Shown here: piece after piece, positions 1 through 20,087 of the stretch
Numbering within the stretch: the stretch's first letter is position 1
How the letters are laid out: every line of letters begins with the position of its first letter
Assembly: GCF_009914755.1 (NCBI RefSeq)
Contig: NC_060935.1
Source of the DNA: the human T2T-CHM13v2.0 reference genome, Homo sapiens
Length of the DNA: 64,000 nucleotides
Strand: one strand, 5' to 3'
The notes under the pieces: model-generated
Seen by the model: the letters and a program-made list of their open reading frames with translations, nothing else
Told to the model about the DNA's origin: nothing
Databases searched by the model: none
Made by a program: the position numbers and the translations under genes

Positions 1-694
1 CCACTCTTTATTTTCCTATTTGTGGTGATTTGAATAATTTTTCAGAAAATATGTACTTTCTGATAAATTGTAGTGTGTCAGTAATGAAAACTGCTCTATG
101 GTGCTAAACTTCACCTGTTCTCCAGCCCTGCCTACCTCTTTCTATTCAACCATTTTCTGTTTAAGTGAGATCACCTATTTGAAAATCTATATTCCTTGGC
201 ACATGGGTTCTAATCTGGACTCTGTCTGCCTTGCTAGGTTCGTCTTCCGTAACTCTCCCACATATACCCAACAGTTTAGCTATATCAAACTACTTGCTGT
301 TTTCAGTACCATATGTATTTTCACCTTTCTGCCTTTAACCTTCTTTGTCTGGTGAACTCTGCATTGCTATCACTTAGGACTCTGCTTTCTCTAGAAAGCC
401 GCCTTTTAAATCTTCCTCAGTCTCCTGCTAGGATCAGATGACTTTTCTGCTCTCCCACAGAATACAGTGCACACTATAGCATTTAGTGCACCATATTGTA
501 ATTATCTGTGTGCTTCCTAACTTTCTCCTAATATGCCTTAGAAGTCAAGAGGGAAAGTGGTAGAATATGAGGTTGGAGAGATTTGGGCAGGAGCCAGATC
601 ACCCAGGGCCTTACCATAAGCCAGAGTAGTCTAAAGTTTATTCTAAGAGCAATGGAAAGCCAATGGAGGGTTTTAAACAGGAGAGTGACATGAT

Positions 695-697
<3 letters not shown>

Positions 698-753
<56 letters not shown>
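698..753. repeat. Pure (AT)~28 microsatellite
   Basis: Uninterrupted AT dinucleotide run. Confidence 0.97.
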
Positions 754-756
<3 letters not shown>

Positions 757-817
757 CACATGTAAGTGTGTGTATGTATATCTATATCTATATTTATATC
801 TAAATATAGATATAGAT

Positions 818-1107
818 TTGAGGCAGGATCTCACTCTGTCACTCTGGCTGGAGAGCAGTGGCGCAATCATGGCTCACTGCAGCCTCAATCTCCTAGGTTC
901 AAGTGATCCTGCCACCTCAGCCTCCCTTGTAGCTGGGACCATAGGCGTGCACCACCATACCAAGCTAATTTTTTACATTTTTTGTAGAGACATTGTGTCA
1001 CCATGTTGCCCAGGCTGAGCTGGTCTTGAAGTCCTGGGCTCAAGCAATCCCCGTCTTGGCCTCCCAAAGTTGTAGGATTACAGGCATGAGCCACCATGCC
1101 AGGCCCA
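818..1107 (-). mobile_element. Alu (J-like)
   Basis: Reverse Alu consensus. Confidence 0.9.
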
Positions 1108-2466
1108 GAATTTACAAAGGAAGAAAAAAGTTCCAAAGTTGATTTGGAGGTTTTCTCTTGATAGCCTTGTTATAACCACAGAAAGTATGTTTTGTTGAGA
1201 GAAAGATAATATGGACGATCTTTTCTGTCTTTTCCTGAATTTACTAAGATCTAAAAATTCTACTTGCCCTCATTTTTCTTCCCATCTAATGAAAATATGT
1301 TTGATTCTAAATATGTGCCTTATACTTGCACTTCTGCCTTTTGAATTATTTTATTTGGTTCCTCTAATTTTGTCTTCATTCATATCCTTACCATGAAATG
1401 ATCCTCTCCTAAGTTTTGGATCAGCTCTGACTTTTTAAAATTTATATACTAAAATCAGAGGTTCTAAAGTACCTGTATCCTATCAAAAACAATTTTATGT
1501 ACAGCCTTAAGTTACAACTTATTTTTTATCACAAGATTCATAAATAAAAGTCTTAACGGGAATAAATTATACAGCAATTGCTAACTTTGGTGGGATATTT
1601 TTATTGCTCTTTTACTTTTGTGTCTTGCTGATTTTTATAACTAGAAGGGTTTTTTTTACTCTCCCCTCCTCCATTAAAGCACATCATAGTATTCCCTTGA
1701 AGTGGATATAGTCAACATAATGAAACATTTTAAGAGGCTCACAATAGCAGTGTTGATCCTCTTGGTCTTCTTTTCTTTCCAGTATTTTAATGTGTCTGGA
1801 GAACATTTGAGTTCATCATTGACTAGAGAGAAAGTGACCAAAATGCTTTCTGAATTCTCCCTTGATTTCTTGTTAAATGTGGAGATGTGACTGAGTTTCC
1901 CCCATCTGGTTCACTTTAGAGAGCTAATTTCAGGCACCTTATTTTATTTCTCCCCCTTCCTTCTATTCTTCTGCCCTATTTCTTGTGAAATACTGGATTA
2001 CCAAAGGAGAAGGGAAAAAAATCAGCCATTCAGCAAATACCTAATAAGTGTTCTCTATATGCCTGGCACTGGGCAAGTTTCTGGTGACAGTGAACTGTGG
2101 AGACCTAGACTATGCCTTTATGAACCTTAGAATCCAAAAGTGGTCTTTGGCTTTTCATGGGCAACAGTCATTGACAGCCCTTTAAAATACATGTACCAGG
2201 GTACCCACTGAATCAGAAGCTTCTGGACTGGCCTAGCATTTTAAAAGCTGTATGGGCAAAACAGTATGATCCAAAAGCTGATAACTACTGGCCTTATCAA
2301 ACATTATTTCTTGGATGCTTTGTATAGTAGACTTAACTGGAGAGGAAGCAGATGAACATTTGACTTAGGAGATGGCACTTAAAATGGATCTAGGATACAC
2401 ACTGAAGTATTAAGGAGTAAAAGGGCATGATGTATCAATTTACTCATAAATGTTCAGAAAAAATAT

Positions 2467-2467
<1 letters not shown>

Positions 2468-2502
<35 letters not shown>
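2468..2502. repeat. (TA)n(CA)~13 microsatellite
   Basis: Seen directly. Confidence 0.9.
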
Positions 2503-2506
<4 letters not shown>

Positions 2507-2531
2507 AATATGAAAATTAGCCAGATGATAA

Positions 2532-2890
<359 letters not shown>

Positions 2891-3000
2891 TACTATACTA
2901 TTCTTTCAACATTTTTGTAAGTTTGAAATTACTTCAAAAGAAAAAACTTGAAAGAAACAAAAAGCAAACAGTAAAATGGCTATAGAAGTTACGTAAGATT

Positions 3001-3302
3001 TCTTTTTTTTTTTTTTTTTTTTAGACAGAGTCTCATTCTATCGCCCAGGCTGGAGTGCAGTGGCACAATCTCAACTCACTGTAACCTCCGCCTCCCAGGT
3101 TAAGCAATTCTCCTGCCTCAGCCTCCCAAGTAGCTGCAATTACAGGTGCCTGTCACCACACCTGGCTAATTTTTGTATTTTTAGTAAAGAGAGGGTTTCA
3201 CCATGTTGGCCAGGCTGGTCTCAAACTCCTGACCTCTAGTGATCTGCCTGCCTCAGCCTCCCAAAGTGCTGGGATTACAAGTGTGAGCCACCGCACCCAG
3301 CC
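3001..3302 (-). mobile_element. Alu (S-like)
   Basis: Reverse Alu with poly-T. Confidence 0.92.
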
Positions 3303-3652
3303 ATGAAGTTGCATAAGATTCCAATAAACAGAGAGACAGGTTGGGGGCAAGTGGGATTGAGCAACGGAAAGAGTAAGTATTCCAGGCAGAAGTGACAGAG
3401 TGAGCACAGGATGAGCAAAGGCAAAGCAGACTCGAGTTAATGGTGTGAGATGAGAGACCAAAGGCAATCAGCTGTGACTGAACTACAAGCTACAGTGGAA
3501 GAAATCAGCGGAGCCAAATTATGAAGCTCCATGTATGCCTTGCAAGGAGTTTATTCATTATTTAAGCTAGCAGTTAAAGCAGGATGCACACACTGCAGGG
3601 AATGAAAAAAATCTTTTGGGATGCAGGAAGAAAACTCTTTAACTTCTATTTG

Positions 3653-3987
<335 letters not shown>

Positions 3988-4267
3988 TTACCTCACTTTT
4001 TAAAAATTTGTATTTTATGTGTTTTAAAATGTATAGTATCTTAGCACCACAGTTTGTATATAGTTTACAAATAAATATATGGGGTTGCTTAAAAATATTT
4101 TTGATATCAAAATTGGAAAACTAGTCTTTAGACATTTTCCTGCCTTGTAACCCAAGTGATATTTTTAAAATGCAAAACTGATTATATCAATTCCTATGTG
4201 TATGTGTCATTTTTTAACAACTGTACTTTCTCCTTAGGATAAAGTCCAAATCTGAATCAGATTTTAA

Positions 4268-4594
<327 letters not shown>

Positions 4595-4926
4595 TAATCT
4601 ATTTTCTATAAACCATGCATGCGAGTTTCATCATTGGATCCCTACACCAAGTTGTTCATGGCTTAAGCCAAACTCTTTTAGTTCTTCAAATGCACAAACT
4701 CTGTCTTTATTCTAGATGACTCTTCTACATAGAATGATCTCATTTTTAAAAAAATTCTTTCATCTGGCTAATTTCAATTTATTCTTCAAATTCTAGCTTA
4801 AATATTACTTCCTCAGACAGCCCTCTTTTGACCCCCTAGACGAGGTAATAACATTATTCTTTGCATTGATTCTCATAGCTCTATAACTCCCCTTTTTAAT
4901 GTTTTTTTGTTTAGTGGTTTGGTTGG

Positions 4927-5354
<428 letters not shown>

Positions 5355-5384
5355 TGAAAACAAATGGTGTCCTCGTTAAGGAAA

Positions 5385-6552
5385 TACTAATCAAAATGAT
5401 AATGAAATACCACTTCACATCCATTAGGATGGCTGTAATCACAAAGACAGCCAGTGATAAATATTGGCAAGATGTGGAGAAATTAGTATATTGCTGATAG
5501 GAATGTAAGATGGTACAGACACTCCAAAAAACACTTCCTCAAAATACTAAACCATGTGACCCAGAAATCTCACTCCAAAGTATATATGAATGAATGAAAT
5601 AAAAACATATGTCCACATAAAAACTTGTATATGAGTGTTCACATATACAATATGTGAAATACAATATGTTCATAATAGTGAAAATGTAGAAACAACCTAA
5701 ATGTCTTTTTTAGCTCAGGCTGCCGTAACAAAATACCATAGACTGGGTGGCTTAAGCAACATACATTTATTTCTCACAGTTCTGGAGGCTTGGAAGTCCA
5801 AGATCAAGGTGGCATTTAATTTGGTTCCTGGTGAGGAACCAAAACCAAAAAACGTCTCCTTCCTGGCTTGCAGATGGTCACTTTCTTGCTGTGTCTCACA
5901 TGGCCTTTCCTCTGTCTGTGCTGTGGAAAGAGAAGAAGCAAGCTTCAGTGTCTTACTCTTATAAGGGCACTAATGCCATCCTGGGGATGCCACGCCCATA
6001 TGACCTCATCCAAACCTAATTAACTCCCAAAGGTCTCACCTCCAGATACCATCACATTAGGGGCTAGAGCTTCAACATATGAACTGGGGAGTTGGGGAGG
6101 CAGGCATAGAAACATTCAGTACATAGCAATGTCCATCACCTGATGAATGGATAAGTAAAATATGGTATGTTCATATAATGGAATATTATTATTCGTCCAT
6201 AAAAAGGATGAATCACTGATGCATGTGATGACATAAATGAACCTTGGAAACATTATGCTTAAGGAAGAGAAGCTAGACATAAAAGACTACATGATGTATG
6301 ATTCCACTTAGATGTAATGTCCCCAGTAGGCAAATCTGTACAGACAAAGTAGACTAATGATTGCCCAGGGCTGGAGGGGTTGAGAGAAAATGGAAAATGA
6401 CTGCTAATGGGTATAGGCTTTCTTTTAGGGGTGATGAAAATGTTCTAAAATTAGGTTGAGGTGATGTTTGCACACCTCTGAATATACTGAAAACAATTGA
6501 ATTGTATACTTTGGATTGATTTTATGTGAATTATATCTCAAGAAACCTGATA
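5385..6552 (+). mobile_element. Old L1M (L1MB-like) 3' relic
   Basis: aatgaaataccacttcacatccattaggatggct..gaaaatgttctaaaatta..gtgaattatatctcaa motifs. Confidence 0.8.
5702..6128 (-). mobile_element. MLT1/MST MaLR LTR inserted in L1M
   Basis: aacaaaataccatagactgggtggcttaa..ctcacagttctggaggct motifs. Confidence 0.8.
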
Positions 6553-7764
6553 AACAGCAAAACTTGGTGGTTTGCTTTAAAGGGGCAAAATACAAAATAT
6601 TGCATAGAGAATGCTGTTCTATTACATGTTTTTGGACTCTAAATGTCTAGAAATGTCAGTTGCAGGAGAGCACTTTTTAAAAGAAAGGAAAATAACAAAG
6701 AAAAAAGAGGAGTAAACCTAGTGCTACCCTCTCCTGAAAGGAATTTGAAACCTCTGAGTAGCCACCAGAATAGATTTTCATCAGAATACTTTTTTATGTG
6801 TTACCCAGATTGTTGAAAGGAAATAAACTGTAGAGATCTCTAAAAAGTCAGATGTTTAATGGCTCTGTGAGCAAAAGCAGGGAAAAAAATCAGACTTTTA
6901 ATGCTATATAATTTAACAGTATCAAGAGAACACTTTGAAAAGGTTTTGATAAAAACAGTCCTTGAGTAAGGCATGATAAAGTGGCCATTCTACCAAGATG
7001 AACAATCATCCCATCTCACTTTTTTTTTTTTTTTTTTACTTCATAGTATATTGTTATTGTGTGACTTTAAATAACTTAAAGGTTTTTTTTTTCCTTTACA
7101 TTGAATAATTTATCCACCTTTGTACCTTCTAATTACTTTTTTGGGAAAAAAGGCACGAACCACCCCACTTCCTTATTTCTCTAATGAGATGAGTGCAATA
7201 ACTATCTTATTTCCCTCCTTTCATTTTGAGGAGTAAAAATTACAATCTAGTGATTTTTTTAAAGGCAAGAATAACATATAGTTTGAAATTTTTCTCTGGT
7301 GGCTTCATACAAATTATTTAATGACGCCCCTACTCACTACATTTGTTGGGCTAAGTCCTATGTATCCTTAAGTTTAATCTGTACCATCATTCTTGCATTC
7401 TTGGATTTCCTTCACAAGTGTTCCTTCTCTGTGCTTCTGTGGTACTCAACGCATATGTCCATGTGCAGGCACCTTCTGTTTATCTGCCTGTCTCTTCCAT
7501 TAGACTATATGTTTCATTAAGGCCAATGACTGGATCTTATCTTTGTACCTCAGCATCTATAACTGAATTTGGCAAATAGGATGCACTCAGTAAATTCTGA
7601 ACTAAACTGAATCAGAAAAAAAAGCTTTATTAGATGTTATAAGGGCTGATACTTGATCAGTTAATTTTTTTAAGTTGAAGCATAGAATTTTTTAAATTTT
7701 GGATATTAAACCTTTGATATATTGAAGCACAGAATTATTGAATACATATATACATGAAGTTTAA

Positions 7765-8080
<316 letters not shown>

Positions 8081-8264
8081 TGAAGTTTTATTTTTGTTGT
8101 ATATAATCTTTGACAATTACTTAACATAGGGCATGACCATTGAATGAGAGACCCTAATTTTAGTTCTACTTACTCTTTGCTTTAAAAACCAAACATTTTA
8201 TAAAACGCTAAAATGAAAATAGTTTATTTAAAATGGAGGCACTTGGGAAGAACTTAGGACATGA

Positions 8265-8447
<183 letters not shown>

Positions 8448-8498
8448 TAGATTTTTACTATTTTTCCCAGTCTGTAACAGATATCCAACCACACCTAA

Positions 8499-8841
<343 letters not shown>

Positions 8842-9317
8842 TAAGTCTACTTTAAGCATTTTAAATAGTTCTTGGAGAAGCAACAACTCTTTTTGCAGTC
8901 ATAGCTCTGATAACCAAATACAATGGCATCAACAAGTTCAGGAACAAACTGACTGGCTCTTAGTAAGCATACACCTTAGCCATTTGGGTCAGAAGTGCAA
9001 AGGAGTAGCTAACCAGCTATGTGCATTAAAACTTATCCTGAGCATCAGATAATACATTTTACAGAAATAATGGAATATTGTTAGTCTAGTAAGTCACTTA
9101 GTAGAGGGAATTTAGGAGAACTTATATTGTACTTCTTTTCTACACCAAAATTTCACCAATTATAGCACTTACTCAAGAGTCAGCTGTATCTTGCCACTAG
9201 ATTTTATAAACTTCATTATCCTTAACTCAATGCTTTGAAATGTCTTATTGTCTTCTCAGGTCACTGTCCACGCACAAAGAATTTCATGCTAATTTTTTTT
9301 CATTTGTTTAATTTCAG

Positions 9318-9370
9318 TGGTAGGAATGGGATCCTGGTGCTTCCACATGACTCTGAAATATGAAATGCAG
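9318..9370 (+). CDS. ACER3: ACER3 coding exon (inferred exon 3), 53 nt, (V)VGMGSWCFHMTLKYEMQ
   Basis: Acceptor tttaatttcAG, donor CAG|gttagt. Translation matches recalled ACER3 and includes the CREST-family SxxxH motif (Ser77/His81, Zn ligand). Ends in phase 0, matching the next exon. Confidence 0.97.
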
Positions 9371-9772
9371 GTTAGTAATGATGAAATTGACAAATGCTTA
9401 TTTCTCTTAATTCAGAAGTACTTCAGATTTGAGAAAAGAGCACATAACTATGGCTAAAAGATGGGATTTGTAATCTCTGGAGTTTTTTACTTCAAGTCTG
9501 AGGATCCAAACTGACTAAGTGAAGTAAAGAAATAAGCAGGTGAGTCCATAAGGAAAACAAGTACAAATAGTATAGGGCTTTTTGACCATCTCTGTGCGGG
9601 CATATAAAATTGAGAGCAGCATTAGAGAGCAGAGTCACATGGGGACATCTTAAAAAGACATAATCAGTTCACCAGAACAATATATTCTTATTCTGAGATA
9701 CCTGCATTCTTTCATGGCTGTATGGCATCCATTTGAATAGTCTGAGTCCCTCTATGTAGCAAGACTTTAAAG

Positions 9773-10246
<474 letters not shown>

Positions 10247-10359
10247 CAGAGCTAGCCAAGGATTTTTAGTTTCCATCCTTACTCTGAGGAGGGCATATAT
10301 GTCAAGTCCTCAGTCTTTTGATCTCTTGATTTCCCATCACTAATCCAGAAACTTCTAGA

Positions 10360-10932
<573 letters not shown>

Positions 10933-10934
10933 TG

Positions 10935-12332
10935 GAGTGTCAAAACCTGAGTGTGGCTTATAGGATAGCCACATGGGGTGGGGACCATCCATCACAGAAC
11001 TCTGGGACCTCAGCCAGTTAAAGAGAGTGTCAACATAGGGGGATAGTCCAGTGTAGGGTGTCAGAGCCTAACTAGGAGTGAGGAGGGTATTTGCACATCA
11101 AGGCAGCCCAGGGACAGTGTATTAGAGACCAGGGTTGAAAAGGTATCCATGCAAAGGGGACAGCTCAGTGCAGAATAAGAAGGGTGTCCTCCCAAGTTGG
11201 GGGGGTCATTTGACATGCGGTTGGAATCTGAGTGGGATGGAGAGAGTGCCACATAGTGGGGACAGCTTTGTGCCATGTTTTGGTACCCTGGGAAGGTGAG
11301 AGTGACTTCTACATGGCAGAGTGGCCCAGTGCAGGATCTGAGAGCACAAGCAGAGTCGAGAGGCTGTCTAAGTGGAGGTGCAGCAGCAGCCCAGCACCAA
11401 GTGTTGGAGCCTGAATTGAGTGAGAAGGGCATTGCTTGGGAAAAGGAGAGGTAGCAATGGAAGCCATGTTGCATACAGGGTAATTAATCAAATAAATAAA
11501 TACATTAAGGAGAATGGGAGCCAGGTTTCTTACTGTTAGAGAACAAAAGTCGCAAATACGGAAAAGATGAAAACTAGAATGAGCTCTGTGGTGACAAACT
11601 GAAATTGGAGTTAACAGTGCAGACTCCTATGTTCAATACATACATATATAATAGACATAAATATAGATGTGAAAATATGTGATATGCATATGTATGTATT
11701 TTGTGTATATGTATACATACTTAAATATTTTAATACACATATATATACATACATTCTCAAGCTCTGTCCATGAGAGGATCTGGGAATGGGGAACTTCAAA
11801 GCCAAAGAATATACCTAGCATCCAGATCTTGTTTTCTAAAAATCATTCTTCTTTAAAAGGAACCAGGGCTGATTCCAAGGGCTGGGGCAGAAAAAAAAAA
11901 AAGGACAATATCAGCCTAGATCATCTTTTTATGCCAGAAAAAATGGAAAGGCTCAAAAAATTATGGGAATATGTCAAAAGGACACTGAAGCCAACTTGAA
12001 GAGGTTCCTGCTGGCCAAATATGGGGCAATTTGAGCATCAAAATAAATGGTAATGGGTTATAATAGTTATAATGTAACCCGATGAGTAATATGGGAAATC
12101 TGAGTCCATACTAGATAATAAATGATGTATTAAATGAAATAATACATGAGTATAAATAAATGAATAAAGAAAAAGTTTGATGTTAAAGAGTATATTTACA
12201 TAGTTTCAAAGTACCTTTCCACAAAATACTTAAAAAGGGGAGAAAGAATACCTTTACAGTGGAGAAGCCAAGTGGGAAACACCTTAATCAAGCAACCTAA
12301 TCATCACTAATGGGACAAATCAAAATTATATG
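10935..12332 (+). mobile_element. Old L1MC-like 3' relic (continues at 20649-21030)
   Basis: G-rich degenerate repeats (gggtgtcagagcc), ggagccaggtttcttactgtt, aaaggaaccagggct motifs. Confidence 0.6.
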
Positions 12333-12368
12333 TGTTAATGGAAAAACTAAACCCTGTCAAATATCTTT

Positions 12369-12858
<490 letters not shown>

Positions 12859-12915
12859 TGTCAAGTATTTTTTAAAGGTTTATTCTGAGCCAATATTAGT
12901 GACCATGGCATGGTG

Positions 12916-14069
12916 TGATACTGGTGGGCTGGGGGAAGTCCCCAAACAGCAGTGGACCTCTATCATAGCCAATGTCTAGGCTCTTGACACCATCACAAGA
13001 ATGAATTCAAGGACAAGTCGAAAAATAATGAAAGTAAAGAAATTTATTGCAAAGAGTAAAAGTACACACTCAAGGGAGTGCAGGTGTACTTGAGAGAGTG
13101 TCATGCAGTGGGGTTTGGGGCTGCTACCTTTATGTGTTTCTCTAACCAAGGAATGGAATATTCATGAAAATTCCTGGAAAAAGGTAGAGATTTATCAGAA
13201 CTGTGGTGCCACCCAATAGGTGTTCCTGGAACTGTCATAGTGAGGGAGAAGAAAAGGAAAAATTAGTTAGGTAAATGGTTAAGGCTGGTCCTTGGAAAAG
13301 CTGCCTGCCTGAAAAATCACAGCTACAGGCAAGATAGAGCAGCTTGGAGAAAAACTCAGACTGTAGAAGCTGCCTGCCTGAAAAATCGCAGCTACAGTGC
13401 ACCTGCACAGATAAGCCACAGATAAGCAGGCAAGGCAGGAAAAGTCCAGCATAGAAGCCCTTTGCTCTTTGTATGATTAGCGAGCTCCCAGGAAGTTTCC
13501 TCCCCTTTTCAGACATGTACACAGTGGGCCCCATGGAAACTTGCAGAGGGAGGAGGGGGGCTTACTTTAAACAAAACCACAATTATACAAACAAAAAGTT
13601 TCACTTTATGCTTACCTAGAGACATACCCACAACTACATAAAGGGAAGTTATGCAGACAGTTTTATAGATAAGTTTCTCAAACACTTACAGACATGAGAG
13701 CAGTTTCTTGTGAAAGCTTTTCAATTCAGCTTTTCTTCTTTTGCTTATTAAACTTTTCCTCCAACCTCATTCTTTGGGTCCACACTCCTTAATTTTCTTG
13801 AGACCACAAGCTCGGATAACACATTAGACGAGACCAGTGACCCTGACCTATTTCAATGGTGCTGCTGGGTTTGTGGTTTAGTATGTCAATGAGCATATAA
13901 TGAGGTCCTAGGTGAAACCTCGGTCAAATCCAGTGACATGCTGGATCCAATCGGTCTTAGCCAGCTTGGTCCACACCCTGTTTTTCAGGATCTTACCAGC
14001 CCAAAGACTCTAAGTCATGTGAAATTGCTGCCTGGAATTTCTTCTCCACCCTGTATTATTCCTATCTCA
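12916..14069 (-). mobile_element. Second ERV1-type solo LTR nested in the first
   Basis: TG...CA ends, minus-strand AATAAA near 13042-13047. TSD not clean. Confidence 0.6.
13241..13855 (+). mobile_element. Third ERV1-type solo LTR (MER83/84-like) nested in the second
   Basis: TG...CA ends, TSD ATAG/ATGG, internal 31-bp direct repeat at 13298-13328 and 13367-13397. Confidence 0.65.
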
Positions 14070-14186
14070 GGACAATAGAGTCTCAAGAGGTCCTTTGATT
14101 TCCTTGTCATGTGATGCTATACCAAAGTCAGGTTGAAAAGTAAGCCACATTATGCTGCGTTAAGAAAAGAAACCTGGTCAAGTAGC

Positions 14187-14196
14187 CAAGATGGCC
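14187..14196 (+). promoter_or_regulatory. YY1 site of the L1 internal promoter
   Basis: CAAGATGGCC at +11 of the L1 5' end. Confidence 0.8.
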
Positions 14197-14444
14197 AAAT
14201 AGGAACAGCTCCAGTCTACAACTCTCGGCGTTAGCGACACAGAAGACGGGTGACTTCTGCATTTCCAACTGAGGTACCGGGTTCATCTCACTGGGGAGTG
14301 CCGGACATTGGGTGCAGGTCAGTGGGTGCAGTGCATGTGCATGAGCCAAAGCAGGGCGAGGCATCGCCTCACCCAGGAAGTGCAAGGGGTCAGGGAATTC
14401 CCTTTCCTAGTCAAAGAAAGGGGTGACCGATGGCACCTGGAAAA

Positions 14445-14627
14445 TCAGGTCACTCCCACCCTAATACTGCACTTTCCCAATGGGCTTAACAAACCGCACA
14501 CCAGGAGATTATATCCCGCACCTGGCTCGGAGGGTCCTACGCCCACGGAGCCTCTCTCACTGCTAGCACAGCAGTCTGAGATCAAATTGCAAGGCAGCAG
14601 TGAGGCTGGGGGAGGGGCGCCTGCCAT
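14445..14627 (-). pseudogene. L1 antisense ORF0, truncated at 60 aa
   Basis: MAGAPPPASLLPCNLISDCCAS...IRVGVT* matches recalled ORF0. Ends early at TGA (CpG-type change). Confidence 0.75.
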
Positions 14628-15202
14628 TGCCGAGGCTTGAGTAGGTAAACAAAGCGGCCGGGAAGCTCGAACTGGATGAAGCCCACCACAGCTCAAGGAG
14701 GCCTGCCTGCCTCTATAGGCTCCACCTCTGGGGGCAGGGAACAGACAAACAAAAGGCAGCAGTAACCTCTGCAGACTTAAATGTCCCTGTCTGACAGCTT
14801 TGAAGAGAGTAGTGGTTCTCCCAGCACGAAGCTTGAGATCTGAGAACGGGCAGACTGCCTCCTCAAGTGGGTCCCTGACCCCCGAGTAGCCTAACTGGGA
14901 GGCACCCCCCAGTAGGGGTGGACTGACACCTCACACGGCTGGGTACTCTTCTGAGACAAAACTTCCAGAGGAATGATGAGGCAGCAGCATTTGCGGTTCA
15001 CCAATATCCTCTGTTCTGCAGCCACCACTGCTGATACCCAGGCAAACAGGGTCTGAAGTGGACCTCCAGCAAACTCCAACAGACCTGCAGCTGAGGGTCC
15101 TGACTGTTAGAAGGACAACTAACAAACAGAAAGGACATCCACACCAAAAACCCATCTGTACGTCACCATCATCAAAGACCAAAGGTAGATAAAACCATGA
15201 AG

Positions 15203-16214
15203 ATGGGAAAAAACAGAGCAGAAAAACTGGAAACTAAAAATCAGAGCGCCTGTCCTCCTCCAAAGGAATGCAGCTCCTCACCAGCAATGGAACAAAGCTG
15301 GACGGAGAATGACTTTGACAAGTTGAGAGAAGAAGGCTTCAGAAGATTAAACTACTCCAAGCTAAAGGAGGAAGTTCGAACCAATGGCAAAGAAGTTAAA
15401 AACCTTGAAAAAAAATAAGATGAATGGCTAACTAGAATAACCAATGCAGAGAGGTCCTTAAAGGACCTGATGGAGCTGAAAACCACGGCACGAGAACTAC
15501 GTGACGAATGCACAAGCCTCAGTAGCTGATGCGATCAACTGGAAGAAAGGCTATCAGTGATGGAAGACGAAATGAATGAAATGAAGCCAGAAGAGAAGTT
15601 TAGAGAAAAAAGAATAAAAAGAAACGAACAAAGCCTCCAAGAAATATGGGACTGTGAAAAGACCAAATCTACGTCTGATTGTTGTACCTGAAAGTGACGG
15701 GGAGAATGGAACCAAGTTGGAAAACACTCTGCAGGATATTATCCAGGAGAACTTCCCCAATCTAGCAAGGCAGGCCAACATTCAAATTCAGGAAATACAA
15801 AGAATGCCACAAAGATACTCCTCGAGAGGAGCAACTCCAAGACACATAACTCTCAGATTCACGAAAGCTGAAATGAAGGAAAAAATGTTAAGGGCAGCCA
15901 GAGAGAAAGGTAGGGTTACCCACAAAGGGAAGCCCATCAGACTAACAGCTGATCTCTCAGCAGAAACTCTACAAGCCAGAAGAGAGTGGGGGCCAATATT
16001 CAACATTCTTAAAGGAAAGAATTTTCAACACAGAATTTCATATCCAGCCAAACTAAGCTTCATAAGTGAAGGAGAAATAAAATCCTTTACAGACAAGCAA
16101 ATGCTGAGAGATTTTGTCACCACCAGCCCTGCCCTAAAAGAGCTCCTGAAGGAAGCACTAAACATGGAAAGGAACAACCGGTACCAGCCACTGCAAAAAC
16201 ATGCCAAATTGTAA
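15203..16214 (+). pseudogene. L1 ORF1p, disrupted
   Basis: ORF1 peptides (KRPNLRLI..., ARREWGPIFNIL, YPAKLSF) broken by stops near 15416 and 15527 and a frameshift near 15653. Confidence 0.93.
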
Positions 16215-16277
16215 AGACCATCAAGGCTAGGAAGAAACTACATCAACTAACAAGCAAAATAACCAGCTAACATCATA

Positions 16278-20087
<3,810 letters not shown>

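Noticed and set aside
10935-11480. G-rich degenerate repeats and a 137-aa minus-strand ORF
   Set aside because: Best explained as the repetitive 3' region of an L1MC-type element.
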